A stretch of DNA of 64,000 nt from Phallusia mammillata (Eukaryota): positions 15,004,001 through 15,068,000 of the forward strand of contig OZ281501.1 of the NCBI GenBank assembly GCA_965637545.1, given 5' to 3'. Made by a program: the position numbers and the translations under genes. Each line of letters begins with the position of its first letter. Within the stretch, counting starts at the first letter, position 1. The notes under the pieces were generated by a model that saw only the letters and a list, made by a program, of their open reading frames with translations, ran no database searches and was not told the origin of the DNA. Positions 1 through 13,900 of the stretch are shown one piece after another.

Positions 1-2538
1 TTCGTCTGGAGCTGGACAGGATATTATGCCACAAAACAGGTTTAGATCTGTCCAAGTAAAGTCTACAGTACATGTAACAACCGCACTACCAAATCCACGA
101 TGCCCTGAAAAACACAAACAATAGGTATAATTAGGTTATGAGTTGTTTAACATACAGAGTGGTAGAGTGTTAAAATTGGATTACGACTTATTGTGGTCCG
201 AATCAATTACGTTCTAGTTAGCCCCGAATCAAGCACGTTTAACCCAGTTAAACCTAATCCCGACCCGAAAGGTCAGGGTCAAGCTGAGTCGGACGTTGAA
301 GATAGTTTCTGCGTATTTTGGCATCGCGTCAAGTCTGTCTATTTTGGTTTTTAATCCGAAAAATCTTATTATTTTAAAGACTTTGAAACTCTTGGTTTGT
401 ATAGCTAGTCTTGACAAACCCGGAGTAAACTACTAGCATGGTTTGTCATCAAGTGTCAAAGTGGCAGTCAGATTTTTAGCTGTGCAGCCAATCAATGTCT
501 CCTAACATTCATTCTGGTCTTTATGTGTCATGAAAAAGACACTATCACAGAAGCAAATCTACAAATTCTGGTACAATACATAATATTCCAAATCATTGTG
601 TGCGAAGCTTTTTCAATGTTTAAGGAAGTCTATTTGCAATGTGCCAAGTTATCGCTGTCTGAACTAAAGGAAATTGGGGAAGTCATTAACATCGAAGAAA
701 AAACGAAAACATCAAGTTGTTGATTGTTTTCGTTGGTAATTTGTAAATGAATTAAAGAGTATTTTTTGACACTAAAGACTTATGCATAGTCGACCACAAT
801 TTATGTGTAGATCACTTTACACTGTAAAGTTTACAGCCTGACATAAACAAATACTGTATCATTTCTCCTGGGGGAATAAAGTCATTAAAAAAATTATTAT
901 GGGTAAAGTTATCATGAGTTAGAACATTCGCGACTCCAATTCAAAGTGCAAGGCGACCGCCTTGCGGGTCGCGCATCACAGGTTAAGAAACACTGATCTA
1001 GCTGCTTTGACAACCTGACCATTTTCACATCTCTTACCTTGCCGACATATGTAGTTAACTGATTGACCTGGACTGAATGCATCTTCCTGGGTGTCAGGAT
1101 AAGCATTGGCTTTGCGCCCAGGATACGAGCAACCTTCTGCAAAAAAACAAATTCGTGTGAAGTAGCAAATACTATTGCGCAATTGAACGAAATTAAGGCC
1201 TAAGACCATGCTACTCTGGTGCTTTAAAATAGTAACCAAGCCGGAACTACATACATGACGTACAATGTACAACAAGGTAGATGACATAAATTTCGAGTAG
1301 ATAGTATACGCACTACACATATACATATACAACTCTAAAGTTTTAAAGTAGTTCCTTTCATTTAAGGGTGAAGCATTAGAAAATAAGGACTGTTAACAAG
1401 ACACTTAATATAGCACTCTTGTAGAGAACTAGTTGCTTCGAAAAAAAAAAGAAATATAGTCTTGATATAGTCCCGAACAAAACTCATGGAATGGACCTCT
1501 GTTGTATTCCGTCGTACGCTCCGCAAAATTATCGACGTTATGTGCAGATAGAGGCCTAGTTAACAAACATTTTGCATTTATGTAACAGTGATCAAACGAA
1601 ATATGGGAAAAAATACTTTTAGAAAAACCGTTGTGACTCTTTTGTGCTTTACTTTACCAAATGTTTTCGTTGGTTGATTTGATATGTTGATTTTGGTTAC
1701 TTACTTATGCACTTTGCTTCTGTTCCCGACCATTTCTTGTCGCTGCGACATGACCGAAAAGCTTCACCCCTTAAACTATAGCCCTGGTTGCAAACATATT
1801 GAGCTCGAGAATTGTATTTTCTTGTTCTTCCGCGGTAGGTAACTCTTCCATCGGGTATCCCTGCCAGAGCTGGACATTCTGCCTCTGTGTAAATAACGCT
1901 TATTGATATGGAAAGCTGTCCTCGACTTATACAGTATAGCGCTATAACTAAATACTGGATTTTTTACTTTGGCTCATGGAAAACTAAAGACATAACACAA
2001 GAAGTATCGTTACATACTTGGATTAAAGCACGACAAGCCACAATCGTCGTCACAACGGCATTTCTTTAGAGCGCCCCTACAATCTACGTCCGTTGTACAA
2101 GGTTTCCTACATCTTCTGCCCTCTTCAACCAGGTCCATGAATCTTGGGCATCTTTGTGAATCGACTGCAAAATAAAACCAGTAAACTTGAATTTAGGTGT
2201 TTCGCATTACAAAATTGATCTAAGTCGTAACTTAGAACGCCTGATTTGGGTCGGAACAGAGTTGAAAAAAAAAAACGGAACAAGCCGAGGTAAAATAAAA
2301 GCCAGCAATATTTGAACCGGGAACTAATTGCTTTAAATAACCGTAAAACACAACTTTGAAATATTTTTCTGATCTATTTTTGTTAATATTTTTGTTGAAC
2401 ATCAAGAAAAAGGGATTAAAACCAGCAGCAACACACCATAAAGTGCTCAACTGCAGCTATAAAAAAATACAAAACGATTTACTACTCACCAATATGAAAC
2501 AATAAAGTTCCTACAAGAAGAACACACCACACTTTCAT
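1..2538 (-). CDS. Secreted WAP + CCP/Sushi repeat protein (LEV-9/Hasp-like), 3' end beyond the window
   Basis: GT-AG exons, all joined in phase 1: 2538-2490 (signal peptide [16 protein letters not shown]), 2164-2018 (WAP: [48 protein letters not shown]), 1884-1705 (CCP1: [13 protein letters not shown]...[30 protein letters not shown]), 1136-1038 (CCP2 first half: [32 protein letters not shown]), 104-1 (CCP2 second half and start of CCP3: [35 protein letters not shown]). The frame is open across all junctions. The LEV-9/Hasp label rests on domain order only. Confidence 0.88.
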
Positions 2539-3529
2539 GTTATGTTCTTCGTTTTTGTACAAAATTTCACAATTTTTTTGTCAGTTCATCTGGACGAACT
2601 TTTATTAACCTGTAGAAAACACGCCTTGTCTAAACGTAGAAAAAAAAGCATCTACAATGGCATTTCCGAAACATTGTTGTCATACCCAAGAACAAATAAA
2701 AAGCTCATTGCTACGCAATTATCAGGAAACAAAGTTTACAGATTTGTTCAGTCATGTATGGGAATTTTCTCCTGTATGCCCTGACAATTTTACATGGTTT
2801 TGTACAATTTATAGAGTACTAATTGATAATGAAGTCAGAGTGATCTATACATTTTGAATGTTTGTTCTAACTATTCCTGGCGGTTTAGCAGATCGCAATA
2901 AACAAATTCATACATTTGGTATGCAAATTCACTAACAGCCAAAAATACTTAAGTGAATTAACAATTATCCGGCCTTATGTTTGCCTGTAACTTTATAACA
3001 ACAATTTCGTTTTTGTGCCAAGCTAACCTTGAATGCTATTCGGTTCGGCAGCAATGTAATTTTACGCTTTAGCAAATTGAACGGGTGACGTCACATAATG
3101 CGCATCAGTTTGACGATTCGATTCCCTCATGTAAAGAAGCTTAGTAATAAATTCTGTATCGAAATAAACCAAATGGTAAATGATTTTTGCACTACACCGC
3201 TTTCTTCGTGTCTTAGACTATTTTAAACAAAATTAATGTTTCTAGTTCGTCCTTTTCACATTTGCACATGTGAATGAACCGTTTTTGTCGTAACGTATAT
3301 GTGTTTCGTTCTGACGCAGTATTCTATACATATTAAATTTATAAACAACTCTATGCTTTCTATGCTTCTTCAGCAAAGAACAAAGCTAAGTCTATTCTAA
3401 ATGAAGACTGTCTTTATTTTATCCAACAAAAACAACTAAAATGTCACAAACAATAACCAGCCTTCAACATAACAACAAAATGCGTCTTATTACATTTTTT
3501 ACAAGTAGAAGATTGTTATAGGATTATGT

Positions 3530-3950
3530 TAAAGCAAAATTTTCCAGTCTGCAAGTTTTTCGACTGAAGTCAGTGCTAATCACTCAAGCACTACTTCAAC
3601 CATTTTTGCTTTTCAACACGGCACGTAATTCTGTGATCGCTTGTGCAAAGCACCTGCAACTTCGCAAAGCACTGCAGGAAGCAAATACATTTGCGAACCA
3701 ATCTAGCGTTTTTGATGCCAATCTACCACAGGCACTTCCTGACTGAAACGACTTCGTGGCTCCCAAAAATTCCAATACCTTATGGGAACGTGCAACAACA
3801 AGCAAATGCCCTTTACTGAATCATGCGGTTTCCGGGAATCGGAAATCCTTTCTAAACCGAGAGAACTCAAATCGAAACTCTATTAGTTCTATAAATGCAC
3901 TTGAAAGATTTGAAAGAGCTTCCTGTCGTGCCTATTGCACCTTTTCAGTT
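3530..3950 (-). mobile_element. Interrupted reading frame, possibly a decayed retroelement gag-like fragment
   Basis: About 140 codons with 3 in-frame stops (ARQEALSNLSSAFIELIEFRFEFSRFRKDFRFPETA*FSKGHLLVVARSHKVLEFLGATKSF...LDWFANVFASCSALRSCRCFAQAITELRAVLKSKNG*). Visibly GC-richer than its flanks. The family assignment is only a resemblance. Confidence 0.2.
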
Positions 3951-4944
3951 GCCAAATGTGTGGTTGGTTGTGCGTCATTGGTGCCACACTGACTAGCTCC
4001 AGACGGGATTGGTGAAGGTGAAAAAATCAAATAGCTTCTGGTAAACACTCATCGAGTTTCGGTAGCATTTGTTCTGACCAACCAAAAACGACATGTAAAG
4101 GTTGATTTCCCTGGTCAAGGGGTAAAAAGCAGACTGTACCCTAGATTAGTGAAGGTAACTTATGCGGTAAAGGATTTACAATTTTTCTTAAAAGGGGAAA
4201 GGTTTTTAATTCAGATGTTGGATGCAGCCATTTTGTTCTTGTTGTACAATGTTAGTGTTACGCCTTCGGGTAATCTTGTTGTTTTCTTGAAGTTTTCTAT
4301 AGCAGCAGTCTACAAACGGAAGCAAGCATGGTTCAAGCAAGGACCATAAGTTGCCTGGGCTGGAACTTGTTATTAGACGTGTATTATGTGTTGAGTTTAG
4401 TTTATTTCGAGTGAAACAAATTGTGGCAGCACATTTGCGCTAAAATATTCACCAAGTTGCGCAACGATGAGACGTTATAAAACGCGACAAGTATAAGGCA
4501 CAATTGGTCGATAGATGGTAAAGGCGCTGCAGCAAGCGTTATGTAGTGGGACTAGCATTAAAGTTAAGGTTGGATTAATAGAATCTAAAACAACCCGTGT
4601 TAGGGAAATTAAAGAAAGATGCAGTAAAGAAGTGTAACATTGGAAGGTATATTGTTGCTTCAGTAAAAAGATTACTAGGCAAAATAAAATCTTTAAGAAG
4701 ACGCCTATTTGATTATTAACCGATGACACAACTAAACATAACTACACAGTTGTATCTAAATACTGTTGTGTCGTCTTTAACAGTTACTCATTACCTAACC
4801 ATGAAACGTTAAAAACTATGTTTCAATTCTCATGTAAAACGTTGGCTAAGTATTTTTCGAGAGTTAAACACACATTTATTTGTAGAAGTTTAAATTTAAA
4901 ATCTGAAACCTATATTCGCAGTTAAAATTTGGAATCCACGAAAT

Positions 4945-7900
4945 ATGCATAGCCTTCTGGCACTTGCAGTTCTTGCTCTTTGTATCATATGTAAGTGAAT
5001 ATTATATGGATATGTAGCGTGTTTAACGGTACATTTTGGACATAAACGATTTGACAGTCAAATTCGATTTGCAAGATTTGGGTCTAATAAATTTAAAAGC
5101 GTTTAGGTAACTACACATTTTTTCGCATTTACTTAAGTACATAAACGTAAATATAAACCGAGAGTATATATTTTTACCATCAAATTTTGCGTTACTTTTG
5201 TCACAGAATGTTTTGCCAATGCCATTTTCTTCCGTCAAAGTTATACGCTTAGGGATTGTGCGCTCTGACTGTTTAATTTGCAGCAAAGAAACATACGAAG
5301 CCAAGCTTGTCGTTAATCAAATGCGGTATTTTTTCAACTTAAATCATCCATCTCATATGACACACAAAACAAACTGGATTGGACATATTGCCGCATGTTT
5401 GCGCGCAAAATAAAAATCAAACTCAAATTTTTGTGTATCGGCCGAAAAAATGTGTAAATCTCTTACCTTATGGTTCAAATTTATGCAGCAACACAAGGTT
5501 CACGTTTATGTCGTGATGGTCGGTTTCAGTGCCCAGGTGACATTTGTCTCAACAATGACCAGTTGTGTGACGGAACGAACGACTGCTTTAATAACGAAGA
5601 TGAAAGCTACGAATACGCAAGATGCGGTGAGTGCAAAAATACTTAAAACACACAATTTAAAGCAAAGGGTAATTGTTGAAGTACGATGGAGCACAGTTGC
5701 TTTCTAGGCGCAAGGTCGTAGGTCCGAATCTTGTGTCGACTCCTGTGCATTTGTGATCAAACTCCAAAAATAAAGGAAGGGTATGGAGAGTATGGAAAGC
5801 AAACCAGTTCAGTAATGCAATTTAACGCTTTCTTTACACAAAAGCAAGATTTTTGTTATGTTTGTTATTAAATTTTAGTATAACTGTTAAATATAACAAA
5901 TGGTAAATATATTTTTCAAATTGCCAAGGTCGTTTTTGTAACAGATCAAAGAACTAGATCTAAAATCTTAAACTTGACATTATATATTATGCATTCCTGG
6001 TATTATTTTTAGCTTACCGGAATGTTTTAGTTCCCAAGCTAAACTTCGTTAAAAGCGAAGGATTTTATAAAACTTAGATCTATGTGAATTTCAGTTTTTA
6101 GATGCATAATGCCAACTCATATTTATACCTCTAAGTCGATCAATATGTAGGGGAATGCCCTCAGCGCGATTCTGATGCGGCTCAAGCTGCTGGACAAGAC
6201 TGCAGAAAACCTTGCACTTCTGACTTCGATTGCAGGAAGAAGAAGCGTTGCAGGTGTGACGGCCATTGCGGGATGTCCTGTTTCAATCCAAGTAAGTATC
6301 TTTTTGCTTTAAATATTCGGACAAAAATACTATTCACTTGTACATCAACAGGCATCGATAACCGCTGCTGTTGTTTTGTTGCTTTACGATACCCTAGTCT
6401 GTGTGTTACGTGCATTTGAAGAGAACTGTGGATCCAAATTTAATGAATTGCTTAAGTGCACAAAACTGTAACGAAATTTGTTGATAAGTGATATAAACCA
6501 CTAATAATATTACAGATTTTGCTAAGCTAAAATACAACTAGTTTTCAATGAAACAAATTAAACAAAAAGACCACACAACAACGAAACTTACCAGTGTAAT
6601 TTTATTTGTGAAAGTTATCATGATGGTAATAATTGTTGGTTCCGGGTAAAATGTATTTAACAAGTTGGTGTGAATTCAAGGCGGTAAAATTTTCTATCCA
6701 TTTCTGTAATCCACAGATTTGGAGTGCGAAGGAAATCCACCGACGGTAAACGGAAGCACTGGATTCAAAGTTTATCGTTTCGTCAATCATTCTCTGGTCC
6801 GGGTGACAGAGTATTTTCAGTTTGACGACTTTGTTGAGTATTCTTGTCCCGCCGGCATGGTCTCAATTGGTCCTCAAATTCGATGCACTTCGCGCAAAAC
6901 GTGGACCGATGCTCAAGTGCACTGTGCAGGTAAAAATGTGTCATACTGTTACGAAGGCTTGTGGAAGAATAGGAACGTTAATTGAATGTGTTAATTGAAA
7001 TTGAAAATAAAACAAGATTTCTTGTCATCTAACCACAAAATCGTCATTACACATGTGTGTCCAGTTTACTACAACTATTTTTTTTTAGTACAACTAATAA
7101 CTAATTTTATACAACTTATAATATGTTTGTGTCTCTGGTTAGATACGTTGGTCATTTAGTTTATTGTTTGGAACAAATGATAGTCATTTAGTTAAATAAA
7201 GGGTAATAAATGGCCCGTTTTACTAGTGATGTACAGATTTTTTTGGCCGAATTAACCTTTTTCACAAACATTCAGTTGGGCAAAAACGATTTTGGTACGA
7301 ACACAAATTCAAAGCGTAAATCGTGTATTTTCTGCTTAATAAGGAACCCAATTATCTTTTTAACTGCGCAAAAACTAAAATCACGTTTAATTTACGATCT
7401 TTAAAACTTTAGCCTCCACCCGGCAATAACTCATTCATTATGTAATAGCTGGAGAGTTAATTTATAGTGAAACTGTTTGCCTGATAGTAAAACTTATGTT
7501 TACATGTTAAACACGTAGCATAATAGATGCTTCAGTTGATTTGGCAAAGAAAGCCGACTCGGTGCATCACTGCGTTTGAGTTAAGTTTATTTCGCTTGGT
7601 AAAAGGCCAACTTAACTACTTCGCACAAAGGGTGCTAGCAATTAGATTAACGTTTTCAGCCCTGTGACTAAATCAAGTTGTGCATTCCCAACTTAACATA
7701 GTTTTGTAACTGAATGTAAAAGTAAATTCACAAAAACAAACAAATAGGCAAACTCAAATAAATTACTTAATCAAAACATGCGTTTAAATTAAGTTCTGTT
7801 GTTGCAGTTAAGTGTCGACCTGATAGCTACAGCGTAGGACTCTACAATCTGACTTGCGGAGAAGATTGTGTCACAGATGAAGATTGCACTGGCACGCAGA

Positions 7901-10900
7901 GATGCATGTGTGATGGTCCATGTGGAAGAAAGTGCGTCGACCCCCGTAAGTCAACATTAAAGTAATTAGGCTCTACGAATTTTGAAATGTTTGGTTTTAA
8001 AAGACGCCAAACAACGAAGACAAACAAGTAACCGTTGCTATACAAGTCATAGTAAACTGAAGCTTTCAATGCACCTACATCAATCTGTGTTACTCGTTTT
8101 GCAATGTATAATATCAATTTCGCCGATTTAATTGCATCCTCAGTTCTACGCAATAAATTCGTAGCTTGAATCATCTGTACTTAGTGCACGTTGGTTCAGG
8201 ACGATTTCTGCAAAAGCACAACTTATACAAGTAACTTATACACAATTTAAAATTTCCACATTCTTAAAGATTTTGCACAGTTTAAACCAGGGAGTCGAAC
8301 CGCTTGTTATATGGGTTCGGGTTTTTATTGTTTTGCTTTATGGGGCTTGGGTTCGTTTCAGGTTTTAAAAAATGTATGTTTTAGGGTTAGGGTTATTTCC
8401 GGTTCGAGCAAATTACTGTTGCGGTTTTCAAACCGATTACAATCCCTATTCTTTTAAAATAATTCTGCTCATTATCTATATGGCCTTGTTTTTGACCGTG
8501 TACTGCGGGAAAGCTTTAAGTTCGTTGGTTTTGACACGCCCTATAGCTGTTGTCTCGTGTCTATTCTTCAGTACGCTGTTTTGAAAAAAATATCACAAAA
8601 CATAACACAGGCTGCATTTTTACTGGTTCGATGTCGGTTTAACACTAAACAAAATGTAGGGTTCAACTCCGGTTCGAAGTTTAATAAAATCGTAATTTAA
8701 GATTCAAGTTTAATGAAATAAACCGCTCAAACTGGTTGGCGCGTTCGACTCCCTGGTTTAAACACAACCTCTAATTAGGAGTGTAAAAAAACATAAAAAT
8801 TAGTAAAAATTGTTTTTGGAAGTATTGAAATATTGTGTTAGTTTAATGGTGCGATTCTAGGCAATTTGTTGAGATTACAATTGTACTGAAAACCAGGCGT
8901 AAGAAACGATTCAAATTCTGATGCACTTGTTTCAAACATGTTTATTTAATATGTAAGCTATTGCTGTCAGGCATAATATCAAGTTTTATAGAGTTCTTCT
9001 GGCAATTGCATTTTTGTTCGTACTACGTGCATTCATTGTTATTTACCCTAATGAAGGCGACCTGTTATATAGGACGTCGAAACGTCGGAATAACAATACA
9101 TTTGCCAGAAGAGCTCTATAAAACTTGATGTTTATTTAATTAGGCCTACCATATTTACATCAACAAAAAGGAGGACACATTATTGAAAAAACATAAAAAG
9201 CTTTTTTAGGGCCCAATAACAAGAGCAAAATATATTAGACTTTTTTGGCAGTCAAATGATCCAATATGAAGTTAAGCGGTAATCACAATATTTTCATTAA
9301 CGTGCTATGTAAAATCCACCCATATTTCTTAAAATAAGCTGAAGATGTAGTCCTCGGCTGTTTTTAAAGGCATAACTGCACCATTGATATTTAGTAAATC
9401 AAAAAAATCAAAAAGGAGGACATTTGGGCACTTTTTATGGTCCTCCGAGGACAACTTGGTTTTTGTTAAAACGGAGGACATGTCCTCCAAAAAGAGGACG
9501 TATGGTAGGCCTAATTTAATGAGTATGTTTTAGATGTGAATTGCTCCGCTGCGCCCTCTAGGATACACACGAGAGTTGAGTACACAGATGAGGGAATTAA
9601 CCGGATTGCCAACTATCTTTGTGATTCCGGACACTACTTGGCAAGTGGGGACGCGTCACACAAATGTTCAAATTCCGGTCAATGGTATGGAGATCCAGTG
9701 ATATGTGAAGGTTGGTTGGAGCAGAAAGTGTATGTTGATTTATCCTAGTTCTATACCATGTTTTCATCACCAAAAAGGAAAACATATTGCTGAGAAAAAC
9801 ATGTAAGTATATTAACAGCTACTTACAGCACCAGCGAAAATAAAACCATGAGATATTTAACGAAATCCACGCAGTCAATAAATTTAGTCCAGTATGGATA
9901 AAGTTTAAATAAACGTTTAATTTTAAATCAACGATAAACACAACTTACACCAAATATGTGTTTGTGGTGTCACAAAGCTTGTGTGTTTAAAATGCACCTG
10001 TACTTTATGAAAAGATTAACTGAATGTGTGTTTTTATGAAAAGATTAACTGGATGTGCTGTTTTTATGATTGTGACCTAGTAAAATTTATGATTGTGACG
10101 TTAGTAAAATCCGAAAATTCTAGTGCATTGGAACATTATTTGTTGACCTCGGAGGCCATGAAATTTCCTGTTTAATTTAATTACTGACAGAAGCAAAGAT
10201 TTGCGATAAATGTAAATCCTAAGAAAGATTCTAAAATATTGAAACTGACACACATTTTACGCATTCAATGGCTTACCTATAAAATATACCTTACCATATG
10301 AAAACTTTGCTTTTTCAAACGTCAACGCAGACGGTGCGTTTTGGGCATCGTACCAACCATTCCTGAAAAGCAACATGTAATCATTACAAATTAGGTTGCA
10401 ATACAACTATATATTGGTACATGAACATAAATTTGGTACATCAAAACTTTGATTAAAATAGATGCACTGATTAACAGATTTATACAGTCGTATGCTACAG
10501 CACCAGTAATACCTTCACAAAGAAACACCTCCATCAGTTGACAGCAGTAAACACGTTAACGTTATTTTCACTTCATACTTTACTGAAATAACTAGAATCT
10601 TGCAAGTTAAACTGAAGCTTTCCAACCAACAAACTTCCCAACTGCCCTAGCAAGCACGAACGTATGTTTGTGCGAAAACTAAAGCTTTGGGTGTGGCTGG
10701 CACCAAAGTCTATATAAAACACAAGTTGTCCAACCTATTGTTACGCAATTAAGCCTATGGAGTCATTTTGTGTCCAAAATGATACAGCGGGTATGGAAAA
10801 ATAACACATAAATTGTCTGATTTTTACAACATGGAGAGCTTCGACGCGAATTTGATTCGCCAAATTGAATGAAAATTTCGGGTTCTAACATTTCAACGCA

Positions 10901-13900
10901 ATATTAAAAGCTAAATTGCTGTTTTTCATGTAAATTTGGCCGCTTAATTTTCATGTGAACTTTAAATATTTGCGTTCAGCGAACATTATCACGCTCAAAT
11001 GTTACTACTCAAAAGCTTTATTCGATTTGGCCTATCAAATTCGCGTTAAAGCCCACCAGTTTGTAAAAATCAGACAATTTATGTGTTTTTCCCTATACCT
11101 GCTGTATTAATTTGGACACAAAATGGCGTCCATGCGGCTCTATCGCGTAACAAAGGGTTGGACTACTAACATAACATAGGAACACCATACATGGATTTGA
11201 AGAGCAACTTAATCATAACCATAACTGCCAAGCTTTTATATCAACAAGTTCCTTGGCAATTATGTTTATGTTCACTTTTTTAGACGTACCACCATACTTG
11301 GTAAATCAATTTTTTAACTTATAATTTCTATCATATAGATTTGCACTGAACATTACCCGTAATTAATTTGCATCCTCAAGTTAAACATTGTGTCATCATT
11401 GCAGTCTATTTCACAATATTGTTCAGTGTGTCAAACTCAGGTTATGTTTGGTCAAATGGTTAAACGGTTGGGAAGGTGTCCAAAAAGTCCAAACAGTAAA
11501 AACTTTTGAAATAACCTATATGTAACAACAAAACAAACTTCAGGAAAGTTTTCGATCATAATTTTACTCGGGTATTTTAAACCACAATTTTAGAAATCTT
11601 CTGTGGTGATCCAACAAGGCACCTTGCTCGGCGAAATCTAATTCTCGAATCCGAAAGAAATGATACTTACGCTGTTAACTCGACGGTGCGATTTCGCTGC
11701 CAGTCAGGCTACGTTTTGAGCGGAGCAGCGAACCGTACGTGCATGGAAAACGGACGTTGGAGTGGATTATTGACAGGATGTCAATTCTTGGGTAAGATTT
11801 AAACATTGCCTTACCCGATATGGGAGCGCCGTGGCAAGTACTTATTTTAGTGTGACCTAATTTGGAACAATAAATTTATAATAAAATTATTATTTTGGGC
11901 TTCCTTTAAATAATTGCTGTTGCTTTTTTGAGTGCAAAATAATTCTTATAATCGTGCTTTAATCAGTCAGTAAAGTTTATAAACGTACAGTGTGTTGTGT
12001 GAGGCTGCTTATGTCAAACTGAAAATCTAATTTTGTAAAGCAAGCCCGCGTTTTGTCATTAAGCTGTCTAAAACATAAGATAAAATTGGGCATCTTTAAA
12101 AACGATTTTTGCGACCCACTCATAACAGGATGTGCAGCGAGAAAGTGGCTGAAAACACTGTCTTCGACTTACGAATAAAGTATAGATTCGCTACGATTTT
12201 TTTCGTTACATGCAAGCTTATTATGAGTATACCTAGTGTAAGCTGTGACCTACATTTCCCAAATTAAGTTGTACACGTGCAAGTTCGTAACTATCAAAAT
12301 ATATGTTTGTCAAACCCAACAAGCCCAACCACAATGTTACACAACAACAGGTGCAACTCGTTCAAAACGCTTTATTGCATGCGCAATCAGTGCCGATTTG
12401 ATTGAAGGAAACAGTAGTTCTCGAATGTAGTTCATTCGAAATACTTCCGCAAGCTCAAACGTCTGCAAGTTTAAACAACATGTTTACCACACGCCCTGTG
12501 CCCTCATAAGATGACAAAAAGGTCACATTTACCTAGCAAGAATCTAGTTTTGTTAAATGTAATGTCTATCTTTCTCGCTTTGTCAACATTCAACACGGGT
12601 TGTAGTATCGTATTCAATTGCTAATAGCCAAGAAATTACGTCGTAAATTTATAAACGTTTTTTTTAACAAAATGAAATCTTGTCCCTTTCCTGACCAATT
12701 CAAGTTTGCGACTTGCCGCCACACTCTATCTAAATTCTATCTCAAAAAATGAATCCCCCAGTTTTTACTTGGAAACTCATTTCCCAGAGATGTTGCAATA
12801 ACAATAACTAGATAGGGGACCGCATTAACAGCATGTTGTCTTTCCCCAGTTTTCACTTAGAAACTCACTTTTTAAAGAAGTTGCAATAACAATATCTTGA
12901 TAGGGAACCGCGTTAACAGCATCTTGTTATAGTTTGTAAGCAGCAATGTGACCAAAATATTAGCTAAATGACTTATGAGTTATTTATCTACTGCGGGATA
13001 TAAAAACTCACGTTTTTATATTTACCACAACCACGTCCGTTCACAGCCTTTTATATGCAACAACTATAGTGCGCCACACACAGGCAAAGGAAAAAAAAAC
13101 TGTTACAGAACTGCTGACCGAACAAAATACCAATAATTCAACGCGAAGTCACAGACACAAATGAAAGCATTACAGTTGTAGCCTAATTTGTTTTGTACAA
13201 GACTTGACCTGCGTCGGTTGTCGCTTGTCGTTGTTAACTTATTTTAAATCATCAAAATTATTAATGAAAAACACTTAAGGTAGTTGAATCAAAAAATTTT
13301 ACTGTAAAAAACGTTTTCATCAGATCACTCAATAAGAAATCATACTAACCTACTTTAGGTCAACAAAGAAGATGCCCTGACCCCGGAGTACCAGTGCACG
13401 GAAGTAGAGATGGTGATGACTTTGACGAATCCCGTACAGTACGTTTCGAATGCGATCCGAACTATACCATGGAGGGAGAAGCAGACCAAGTGTGTTTGTG
13501 GTCTTTGGAATGGAGTGATGGTGGAGCACCGCTTTGCCTGGGTAGGCATTTTGTGTGTATTAAATTCCTGACTTTTTGGTTATGTTTTAATATATTTTGC
13601 ATTCCTTTACTTCAGACAACTATAAACGTGCATGTGTAAATTTAGAAAAAAAGGATATGTACGTGGCTTTTAAGCATGATTCTTCCTTTCAGATGCTATT
13701 TGTTTGTTTTGCCTTCTTGGCTGTCATTTCCTCGGTTATCGTTCGTTTTGGATCTTTGCACTAATACCAAAACTTAACTTGCATCAAACTTTTGCATTTT
13801 TGTTTTGTATAGTATTTCTAACTTTGTGATTATACAATAAACAGACCCTAGGTACCCAGACAGTGCGAGCGACTCTCTCCGCAAACTTGCTGGAAGCGTT

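Noticed and set aside
5207-5283. Alternative acceptor gtcacag| for Bf exon 2
   Set aside because: Joining it to the phase-1 T of exon 1 gives TAA. The acceptor at 5283 keeps the frame, though exon 2 itself remains uncertain and adds an unpaired Cys.
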